Shown piece by piece: positions 20,378 to 28,818 of a stretch of DNA of 64,000 nt (its first letter is position 1; every line of letters starts with the position of its first letter). Both the position numbers and the translations under genes were made by a program. The notes under the pieces were generated by a model. The model was not told the origin of the DNA, ran no database searches, and was given only the letters and a program-made list of their open reading frames with translations. The DNA is from Spirochaetia bacterium (lineage in GTDB: Bacteria > Spirochaetota > Spirochaetia > UBA9216). The stretch spans positions 448,001-512,000 of the forward strand of contig CAXXYH010000003.1 in assembly GCA_963677925.2 (NCBI GenBank). The letters are read 5' to 3'.

Positions 20378-20433
20378 CTATTAAAATTATTATTATTTTA
20401 TGGTATTCTTGATACATCATCGGAGGGATTTTT

Positions 20434-22104
20434 TTGACTGAAAGAATAGATATAAACCTGTTTATCGAACCGGCAATACTGCTGGATGCTGATTATCAGC
20501 TCATAAAAACTAATCAGGCTTTTACCAGTTTTTTCAGCCGGGGCAACACTCTTGAGCAGGCGATAAAACTTATAAAAACAAGAGATGAAAAAAAAAATCA
20601 GGACTTTCTGCTTTTCATCTACGAAGATAAAGAGTTTATAATACATGTCTACAGTCTTTCAGATCAGCAACAGCTGCTCTGCCTGATTTCTGATTCAGCC
20701 CATATTGAAGACGCAGCCTTCTCTCTCTCATCAATTCAGTCAATGAAAGACGAGTTCCTCAACATGCTCAGTGTACTTCATGACGACTTTGTAATAATCG
20801 ACCGCTATGGAGTAATTGTCAGCGCAATGCCTAATTTTGAGACAATGTACGGTATTTCAAGGCAGGAAGCTATCGGGAAAACAATTTTTGAAATGGAAGA
20901 AAAAAAGATTTTTAATCCTTCCGTAGCTATACGAGTATTTAAATCGGGAAATACAGAGACCCTCCTGCAGCTTACCGGAGCAGGAAAATATCTCATGTGT
21001 ACCGCCATCCCGATAAAAGATAAAGATGGAAATATTGAAAAAGTCGTCAGTTATACACGTGATATTACAAAATATCAGACACTTAAGGATGAATTTGAAA
21101 ACCTCGAGGATACTTTAAAATTATACAGTGCCGAAATTGACCGTCTGCGAAAGGATCGTGATCCGGTTCCTTCTATAATAGGCCGCTCACAGGTAATCAA
21201 AAATATATCGGCTACACTTCTCAAAATTTCACGGTTTGATGCCAACGTACTTTTTCTTGGAGAATCAGGTGTAGGCAAAACAATGTTTGCCAAGATTATG
21301 CATTCCCAAAGCGGCAGAAGTGAAGGCCCGTTTATTGAAATAAACTGCGGAGCGATCCCCGAAAGTCTGCTTGAATCGGAACTATTCGGCTATGAAAAGG
21401 GCGCATTCAGCGGAGCCAGCAAAGAAGGTAAACCAGGACTGATTGAACTTGCAAATGAGGGTACTCTCTTTCTTGATGAAATTGGAGACCTTCCGCTTCA
21501 TATGCAGGTAAAGCTTTTAAAAGCCATACAGGAAAAGAAGATAATGCGGCTGGGCGGAGCAAATCTGAAGGAAGTAGATTTCAGACTTATCGCCGCTACA
21601 AATAAAAACCTGGAAGAACTTGTTAAGGACGGCTCATTCAGGGAAGATCTGTATTACCGGCTTAATGTAATAACCATCAAGATCCCCGGCCTGCGAGACA
21701 GGAAGGAAGATATTTTTTCACTGGCTAATCATTTTGTTGAAGTTATCGGAAAGAAATACGGACTCACAAGAACTCTTTCAGGAACCGTAATTGACTATCT
21801 TGTTGAATACGACTGGCCGGGTAATATCAGAGAACTTGAGAATCTGATAGAAAGAATGATACTAACATCCGATGACTATATGATAAGCGAGGAACAGCTG
21901 CCGACAAAAATTAAGGCCAGTATCTTTCATACAACAAGCAGCAGCAGTTCACTCAAAGATATTCTTGAATCGGTTGAGCGCAGACTCATAATTGATGCGT
22001 ACAAAAAACACGGAACCTCAACCGGAGTAGCCGCCGAATTGAATATAAGTCAGCCTTCAGCTTCTAACAAGATCAACAAATATATAAAAGAGACAGAAGG
22101 CTAA
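20434..22104 (+). CDS. Sigma54-dependent transcriptional activator (PAS + AAA+ + HTH)
   Basis: GESGVGKT, INCGAIPESLLESELFGYEKGAFSGA, FLDEIG, FREDLYYRLNV, WPGNIREL; N-terminal PAS. Confidence 0.95.
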   Translation: MTERIDINLFIEPAILLDADYQLIKTNQAFTSFFSRGNTLEQAIKLIKTRDEKKNQDFLLFIYEDKEFIIHVYSLSDQQQLLCLISDSAHIEDAAFSLSSIQSMKDEFLNMLSVLHDDFVIIDRYGVIVSAMPNFETMYGISRQEAIGKTIFEMEEKKIFNPSVAIRVFKSGNTETLLQLTGAGKYLMCTAIPIKDKDGNIEKVVSYTRDITKYQTLKDEFENLEDTLKLYSAEIDRLRKDRDPVPSIIGRSQVIKNISATLLKISRFDANVLFLGESGVGKTMFAKIMHSQSGRSEGPFIEINCGAIPESLLESELFGYEKGAFSGASKEGKPGLIELANEGTLFLDEIGDLPLHMQVKLLKAIQEKKIMRLGGANLKEVDFRLIAATNKNLEELVKDGSFREDLYYRLNVITIKIPGLRDRKEDIFSLANHFVEVIGKKYGLTRTLSGTVIDYLVEYDWPGNIRELENLIERMILTSDDYMISEEQLPTKIKASIFHTTSSSSSLKDILESVERRLIIDAYKKHGTSTGVAAELNISQPSASNKINKYIKETEG

Positions 22105-23561
22105 AAAAGTTCTGCCAGCCTTCTGCCTGCAATATTATAAAGAGTCAAAACTGCCAGAGTCCTCTGGTTAAGAAGCATTTCCTTCTGGTTCAGCTGCTCA
22201 TTGTAATCAAGCTCAACTGCCTTTACTGCAAGCGAAGTTGAGAGCCCCGCTTCCTGCCGGCTTTTTTCTCTTTCCAGCAGATCAAGATCATACACAAGTT
22301 CAGTCTCAATTAATTCAAGCTGCCTGTCTATATTCTTTATTGAATCCAGACCGCCCTCAAATGAAAGACTTACCTGTCTCAGAGCATCTTCAAACAGGTA
22401 GCGGGCAGCTTCTATTTCCGCCTTATCAGATTCTCTTCTTTTTTTATTTTCACCCCAGTCTATCAGGCCGAATGAAAGGGCTACTGTAAGCTGAGTGTTT
22501 AATTCTGCTTCACCAAGATTATCATATGCCTCAGAAATATCTTCGGCAGGATCTGTACTTCCAGGATTTATTAATGCGGTAACTTCAAATACGGGCTCAG
22601 TACCGTCAGGGAAAATTGCAGATTGAATTTCCAGTATTCTTTTCAGTTCTGATGCAGCCTGCACCTGTACAGATCCGCTGAACAGCGCTGCTTCAAGTTC
22701 TGCCAGAACAGTCCTGTCGGCTTCGATCAAAGGAAGAACAGGCATCTTTACCAGCTCACTTCCTGTAATATTTTTTATATCACGTAAAGCCGCCTCATAC
22801 TGGTAAAGAAGCTCTCTGCTGATATCTTCCAGTCTTCTAAGCGACAGTTCTTCGGCAATAAAATCCAGCCTGCTTATTTTCCCTGAAGCTTCATCTTCAG
22901 CTGCAAGCTTAAGAGAATCAGCCGAGATAGCTATCCGCTGTTCAATTATTTCAAGTGACATTTCAATGGACAGGGCCTTAACAACTGCAGAATAAACCGA
23001 TATTACAAGAGCATTTTCAGTATTAAGCACCGACCGGCTTTCTGAATTAACGCTTAGAACATTTAATTCCCTCGCAAGTTTAATTGAGTCAAACCGTATC
23101 ATGGATTTGGAACTCCGATCGGTAAACAGCGGCTGGCGGAAATACAATCCGGCTGAGGGGCTCATGAAATAACTGAGCTCTTCATCATCTGCCGGTGAAG
23201 AAATAATGAGGCTGCCGCTTCCGCTTAGATTAAGCAGGCCTCCTCCGGGAAGGAGTGTATCCAGAGCAAGACCTGCGCCGGCGGTATGCTTTCGTTTTCT
23301 CTCTACCGGATATGAATAATAATCTTCACCCAGACTGTATTTGTAGAGGGGGTTATTGCTGTCGGTTGTAAATGACAGGCCTGGAAGTGTAGACAGATTT
23401 TCAGCCGCTGCCCCTGCCAAAACCGAACTGTATGAGGCCTGTGCTGCTTTAAGCTTATTATCAGAAGCAAGTGCAGCATCTATAAGATCATTAAAATCAC
23501 TTCCATAAACATATGACCATGAACTTAGTATTACAAACAGAAATATAAGTTTATTTCTCAT
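22101..23561 (-). CDS. TolC-family outer membrane efflux protein
   Basis: Signal peptide, helical OEP repeats (QPLF, G-x-ISRLD, GLSTSL), last gene of the RND operon. Confidence 0.82.
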   Translation of the reverse strand: MRNKLIFLFVILSSWSYVYGSDFNDLIDAALASDNKLKAAQASYSSVLAGAAAENLSTLPGLSFTTDSNNPLYKYSLGEDYYSYPVERKRKHTAGAGLALDTLLPGGGLLNLSGSGSLIISSPADDEELSYFMSPSAGLYFRQPLFTDRSSKSMIRFDSIKLARELNVLSVNSESRSVLNTENALVISVYSAVVKALSIEMSLEIIEQRIAISADSLKLAAEDEASGKISRLDFIAEELSLRRLEDISRELLYQYEAALRDIKNITGSELVKMPVLPLIEADRTVLAELEAALFSGSVQVQAASELKRILEIQSAIFPDGTEPVFEVTALINPGSTDPAEDISEAYDNLGEAELNTQLTVALSFGLIDWGENKKRRESDKAEIEAARYLFEDALRQVSLSFEGGLDSIKNIDRQLELIETELVYDLDLLEREKSRQEAGLSTSLAVKAVELDYNEQLNQKEMLLNQRTLAVLTLYNIAGRRLAELF

Positions 23562-26500
23562 TTTTTATTCTCCTTTTACGGTCGTACAGGAAACCGTAGA
23601 ATGACGGTATAAACAGAAGAGCAGTAGCAGTCGAAAAAATCAGACCGAAAACAATGGTAGTTGCCATAGGTCCCCATACGACCGACTTTCCTCCAAGACC
23701 GAGCGCAGTCGGGAGAAGTCCGGCTATTGTTGTTAAAGATGTAAGCATAATCGGACGCAGCCTTGTAGCAGCCGCCTCCACTACAGCATCCCCGGTATTC
23801 ACCCCGGAGGCCTTTAGCTCGTTTATAAAGCTTATCAGGACTATCGAATCATTTACTGCAATTCCTGCAAGTGCAACACCGGCATATAAAACAGTGGTTG
23901 AAAATGGTGTTCCGGAGAAAAACAGGTAAAGTATAACTCCGGCAAATGCAAATGGGACTGTCAGCAATATCAATACAGGCTGTGTGTAGGAATTAAACTG
24001 TGCACCGAGAATTAAATAAATCAGAAAGGCGCCGATAAGAAAGAGCCTGAGGATATTGAGGATAAGATTAGAAAGTTCTGCGAACTCCCCTCCTACCTTC
24101 AGTTCAATTTCCGGATAAACAGGCGATATTTCTGTATTGAAAAAATCTTCAATCGATGTGTTTATATCAGGAACGGCATCATCATTGTAAGCGTCTGCAG
24201 AAATGGTAATCTCTCTTCTTCCGTCAACACGCTTTATCGATGAAAAGCCTTCCTCCTGCTCGACATAGCCGATGGATGTAAAAGGCACAAGGACTCCAGA
24301 AGATGAAGGAATTTTCATCTGATTAACCAGTCTGAATTCTACAGGTCTTTCAAGCTTGTATCTTACAACCACATCAGTTTCTTTATTTCTTCTGAAAATA
24401 GTTGTTGCTGTAACTCCATCAAACGAAGCTCTGACAAAGTTTCCCACATCTGCTACAGAAACACCCAAAGCGCTGGCGCGTTCACTGTCAATTTTAAGTC
24501 TGATTTCGGGCTTCCCGTTCTGAAGATTATCTTCGATATTAACAAGAGCATTATATGACCTTAATTTCTCCTGTATCAGTGTAGATACGGTTTTAAGATC
24601 TTCATAATCATCCCCTTCAAACCTGATGGTAAAAGCCTGCTCAACCGGCGGACCGTTAGCCGCTTTACGGTAAATCACCTTTTCAGGCCCGGGAACTTTT
24701 TTCAGTATATCTTTAACTTCTTCTATGATTTCAGGTATTGAACGAGTACGGCCGTCTTTTACCTCTTCAAGATCGACAGTAATCTGAGCCACGTTGTTAC
24801 CGTTTAAGTTTCCGGAGCTCCCGCCTGAATAACCTGCAGATGAAGTTATTGAAGTTATTTCACCATTGCCGATAAGCGGAAATAATTCGGCTTCCATTTC
24901 CGAAACAACATCAAGGGTTTTCTCGAGCCGAGTTCCGGGGGCCATTTCAATATTCACATAAAACAAGCTGTAATCTTCGGCACTGAAAAGATCCTGGTTA
25001 AGTCCGGGCACCAGAGCAAATGATGCAAGCATCATTATAATAAAGATTATTACAGTTAATCCCCTGTGCCGGTATACAGATGAAATAATTTTCTTATAAC
25101 GATTGCGTACCGGAACAAACCAGTCTTTAAGTTTTTTAGTTTTTGCAGAGGGCCAGTCTGCATAATGACTGGGAATAAAGACTATTGCCTCGAATGTGGA
25201 GGCGATAAGGGCTATGGAAACAGTTAGAGGAATAATCCGAAGAAACCGGCCTATGGTTCCGGGAAGTATCATCAAAGGAAGAAATGCAGCGACAGTAGTG
25301 CCAGTTGCCGCGATTACAGGAATTACGACCTGGTTTACACCTTTAATTGCAGCCTCGCGTCTGTCTAGACCGTCCTGCTGAAGCCGGTAGCTGTTCTCAA
25401 TTATGACTATGGCATGATCGACAATCATACCGAGAACCAGAACAAGGCCAAATAGAGTATTCGTGTTAAAAGTCTCACCGAGATAATCGAGTATCAGAAA
25501 CGTGATAGCAAAAGTGACAGGAATTCCCAAAGCAGTCATAAGAGCATTTCTCAAGCCTATAAAGACAATGAGTATGATTACCAGAAGAACAAGCCCTAGC
25601 ATTGCATTATTCAGCAGAACACCTATACTGTCTTTAATTTGAATGGTGGAATCATTCTGGAGCTGTATTTTTACACCGGGATATTCCTCGTAGGAAAATT
25701 CTGCAACGGCGGTTTTTACTCCTGCAACAATCGAAGAGGCATCACCGCCTGCAACTTTTGCCACCTTTAAAAGAACTGCATCTTCTCCATTAAACCTCAC
25801 ATATTCACCTGAATCGGAAAAGACAGATTTAACTTCTGCTAAATCACCTACCCTGATTACACCGCTTGAGTCGCTTGTCCTCACAATAAGTTTCTCAAAA
25901 CTCTCCGATGTATCAGCCTCTGCAACGGTTCGAACAAGGTATTCTCTTCCGCTTGTTTCAAGATCTCCGCCTGGGTAGTTTCCGGTATTTGACTGAATTG
26001 TTCTTACTATCTGACTGATAGTTATTCCTAAGGATTCCAATCTTGATTTATCAGCATCAACAAATATTTTCCTCTCACGTTCGCCGACCGTACTTACAGA
26101 TGAGACCTGTGAAATTTTTTCAATTTCTGAAGAGAGAATCTCCGAGGCTTCTACTATTACCGGATAGGGAAGTTTTCCATAGACAGCTACTTCAATTACA
26201 GGCAGGAAGTCAGCAGATGAGAACTCATCAATAATTGCCGGCAGAGTTCCGTCCGGTAAAGAAATCCTTGAAAACCTTGTCTGAACATCCTGTACATACC
26301 GTCCAAACTCATCATTTGTGATTCCGTCATCAAATTCTACTCTTACTGTGCTTAAACCTTCGCTGCTTACAGACTGTATGCGCTTCAGATCCTTTAAGCC
26401 GTCCATCTCATTCTCTATTTTTACAGTAACAGAAGATTCAACATCTTCAGCCGAAACGCCTGGATATGGCACTATGATATTCACCCAGTAAAAAGGAACT

Positions 26501-26616
26501 TCTGCAAACTGTTCCTGAGGCAGTTGAAGCATACTGAAAGTTCCTAATATTATGAGGGTTATCATAAGAATAGTTAGAAGAACCGGGTTTTTAACCGAAA
26601 ACTTTCCTATATTCAT
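23551..26616 (-). CDS. RND efflux permease (AcrB/AcrD/AcrF family)
   Basis: YPGVSAEDVE, S-x-S-x-EG-x-S, GMIVDHAIV, RLRPIMLTSLTT; 1021 aa. Confidence 0.95.
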   Translation of the reverse strand: MNIGKFSVKNPVLLTILMITLIILGTFSMLQLPQEQFAEVPFYWVNIIVPYPGVSAEDVESSVTVKIENEMDGLKDLKRIQSVSSEGLSTVRVEFDDGITNDEFGRYVQDVQTRFSRISLPDGTLPAIIDEFSSADFLPVIEVAVYGKLPYPVIVEASEILSSEIEKISQVSSVSTVGERERKIFVDADKSRLESLGITISQIVRTIQSNTGNYPGGDLETSGREYLVRTVAEADTSESFEKLIVRTSDSSGVIRVGDLAEVKSVFSDSGEYVRFNGEDAVLLKVAKVAGGDASSIVAGVKTAVAEFSYEEYPGVKIQLQNDSTIQIKDSIGVLLNNAMLGLVLLVIILIVFIGLRNALMTALGIPVTFAITFLILDYLGETFNTNTLFGLVLVLGMIVDHAIVIIENSYRLQQDGLDRREAAIKGVNQVVIPVIAATGTTVAAFLPLMILPGTIGRFLRIIPLTVSIALIASTFEAIVFIPSHYADWPSAKTKKLKDWFVPVRNRYKKIISSVYRHRGLTVIIFIIMMLASFALVPGLNQDLFSAEDYSLFYVNIEMAPGTRLEKTLDVVSEMEAELFPLIGNGEITSITSSAGYSGGSSGNLNGNNVAQITVDLEEVKDGRTRSIPEIIEEVKDILKKVPGPEKVIYRKAANGPPVEQAFTIRFEGDDYEDLKTVSTLIQEKLRSYNALVNIEDNLQNGKPEIRLKIDSERASALGVSVADVGNFVRASFDGVTATTIFRRNKETDVVVRYKLERPVEFRLVNQMKIPSSSGVLVPFTSIGYVEQEEGFSSIKRVDGRREITISADAYNDDAVPDINTSIEDFFNTEISPVYPEIELKVGGEFAELSNLILNILRLFLIGAFLIYLILGAQFNSYTQPVLILLTVPFAFAGVILYLFFSGTPFSTTVLYAGVALAGIAVNDSIVLISFINELKASGVNTGDAVVEAAATRLRPIMLTSLTTIAGLLPTALGLGGKSVVWGPMATTIVFGLIFSTATALLFIPSFYGFLYDRKRRIKNEK

Positions 26617-26627
26617 AGTCGTCTCCC

Positions 26628-27692
26628 TTAGTTCCTAAGTCTGAAAATAACAGGATATCCGTCTGCAAGACTCTTTATTCCGGTTACAAGAACTGTTTCT
26701 CCCTGCACGAGTCCCGATCTGATTTCTATCCGGTCGCCGGCAAGCTTACCGGGTTCTACTTCTGTAAGTCGTGCCCTTCCATGCTGTTCTACATATACAA
26801 AACTGCTGCCTCCGAAATTGACCACGGCTGCAGAAGGTATTACAAGGCTGTCTTCAACTTCAGGATTAATACTGACTACTGCGGGCATACCTGAACGAAT
26901 TCTTGTTCCGTATGGATTATCCGCCGAGACTATAACTTTGAAGCTGCCGGTGGCTCTGTCACTGCTGAGTGCAACAGCCTCTACTTCAGAATCTATTTCA
27001 AGTCCGTCCACCATGATTACTGCAGGGGCACCTTCTGATATATTTCCTACATCATCATCACTTACAAAAACATCGACCTTAACACCTGAAAGATCAACAA
27101 CAACACCTATAGGACTTCCCGTAGAAAGATAGCTGCCTTCTTCCAGGCTGCTGTTAAGATCTGCAAGATATCCTTCTAAAGGAGCAGTAATTGAAGTATT
27201 TTCGTAATTTTTTCGAGCCTGCTCCAGCCTGGCTTCTGCGCCTGTATAAGCACTTTTTGCCTTTATATATTCTGCATTACTTGCATTGCCGTTACGGTAT
27301 GCCCGCTCAACAGCATCATAGTCAATCTTTATACTTTCTAAATCCTGCTCTGCCTGCCTTAAATTGAGAACAGCTATTGAATCATCAATAGTTATAATTG
27401 GTGCTCCTGCTTTAAGATAATCACCGATACCGGCCTTCAGGGCGGTAATCTTACCAGAAGTTTCTGCTACAACCGAGGCTTCCTTCACTCCCCTTAAAAG
27501 CCCGGAGGCGTCAACTGATGAAACCAGCTTTCCGTAATCAGCGTTGTATGCCTCAACCGAAACAGGGTCCGGTTCTGCAGGTATTGGACTTGATGTACTG
27601 ACATCGTCCGCTTTTCCCGGGGAACATGAAAGAGCAAAAAATGAAGTTATACTAATTACTGCAGATACAATGATAATTCTGGAACTTTTCAT
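26628..27692 (-). CDS. RND periplasmic adaptor (MFP), lipoprotein
   Basis: Lipobox ALSC, ITAPLEG, IP-x2-AV, SGL-x2-GE; start MKSSR after AAGGAG. Confidence 0.92.
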   Translation of the reverse strand: MKSSRIIIVSAVISITSFFALSCSPGKADDVSTSSPIPAEPDPVSVEAYNADYGKLVSSVDASGLLRGVKEASVVAETSGKITALKAGIGDYLKAGAPIITIDDSIAVLNLRQAEQDLESIKIDYDAVERAYRNGNASNAEYIKAKSAYTGAEARLEQARKNYENTSITAPLEGYLADLNSSLEEGSYLSTGSPIGVVVDLSGVKVDVFVSDDDVGNISEGAPAVIMVDGLEIDSEVEAVALSSDRATGSFKVIVSADNPYGTRIRSGMPAVVSINPEVEDSLVIPSAAVVNFGGSSFVYVEQHGRARLTEVEPGKLAGDRIEIRSGLVQGETVLVTGIKSLADGYPVIFRLRN

Positions 27693-27720
27693 ATAATTCT
27701 CCTTATATAATAAAAGTAAT

Positions 27721-27787
27721 ATCACATAACGTGTTTGTAAAGAACTTTTATAAAAACTTTTTCTTTTACTTAATCACATTTTGTGTT
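27721..27787. promoter_or_regulatory. Twin operator-like pseudo-palindromes in the RND/XRE divergent promoter
   Basis: ATCACATAACGTGTT (27721-27735) and ATCACATTTTGTGTT (27773-27787), 52 bp apart. Confidence 0.6.
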
Positions 27788-27798
27788 ATTTTATTATT

Positions 27799-28680
27799 AT
27801 GAAACAGACTCAGGAATTATCCGACAGGCTCAGACTGTACAGAAAAAGAAAGGGAATCACACAAAAAGAACTTGCATCAGAAATTGGTATTGTTCAAACT
27901 GCTGTAGCCAACTATGAAACCGGAAAACGAAATCCCGATCTTGAGACATTGATAAAACTTGCAGATTTTTTTGAAACAAGTCTGGATGAGTTTACAGGCA
28001 GAGACTTCAATAATTCTCAGACAACATTTCAGGCCTTTAACTACCGTAAATCTGCTGAACTCTTAAAAGAAACTGATAAATTTCTTAACATATGTCTTAG
28101 CTCCAGAATGGAAGCAGGAAATTTCTGTCTTAATCTTCTCAACAGTAAACTTTATACCGAAGAGCAGATATTCCTTGATTTACTTATACCATCTCTGCAA
28201 AAAACAGGTGACGGATGGAATGAAGGAATATACGGAGTAGAAGAAGAGCATTTAATAAGTGAGACAATCCTTGAGTGCATTATTTCTGTACACACGCACA
28301 CCCCCCACTCCTTACCTCTTAAAGGAACTATATGCAGCATGACTCCAAGCGGAGAGCAGCACACACTTGGACTTCGAATAGCAAGCTATCTGCTTGAGCA
28401 TGCGGGATGGAAAAATCAATTTCTTGGAGCTCAGGTTCCTGCAGGGGCATTAATTGATTATTTAAGAGAAAAACAAACAGACATTCTTCTGATTTCCGTG
28501 ACTCTGAATGAAAATATTGACTCTGCCGCAGGTATTATCAAAGCCGTAAGGCGTGAATTCGGATCAAGAATTAGAATTGCAGCCGGCGGCGCGGCTGTTT
28601 CGTCTTTGCCCGAAGAAGCTTCAAAAGCTTCAGATCTTGTTTCCGATGATATAGTTGAAATAATCAATTGGGCAAACTAA
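27799..28680 (+). CDS. XRE-family HTH regulator fused to a CarH/LitR-type cobalamin-binding domain
   Basis: N-terminal RKRKGITQKELA..ANYETGKRNPD; W-x9-EH (WNEGIYGVEEEH); GEQHTLG..ISVT..AGG B12 Rossmann motif. Confidence 0.9.
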   Translation: MKQTQELSDRLRLYRKRKGITQKELASEIGIVQTAVANYETGKRNPDLETLIKLADFFETSLDEFTGRDFNNSQTTFQAFNYRKSAELLKETDKFLNICLSSRMEAGNFCLNLLNSKLYTEEQIFLDLLIPSLQKTGDGWNEGIYGVEEEHLISETILECIISVHTHTPHSLPLKGTICSMTPSGEQHTLGLRIASYLLEHAGWKNQFLGAQVPAGALIDYLREKQTDILLISVTLNENIDSAAGIIKAVRREFGSRIRIAAGGAAVSSLPEEASKASDLVSDDIVEIINWAN

Positions 28681-28818
28681 ACAGTAAACATACATAGATT
28701 TAGAACTTATCAACACATAATATTTACATTTTTAATGCTTATTTGTAAGTTTTATGTTTACATAACTCTGTATTTATCGTACAAACATTAATATATACAC
28801 TCAAAGGGAGAAGTAAAA

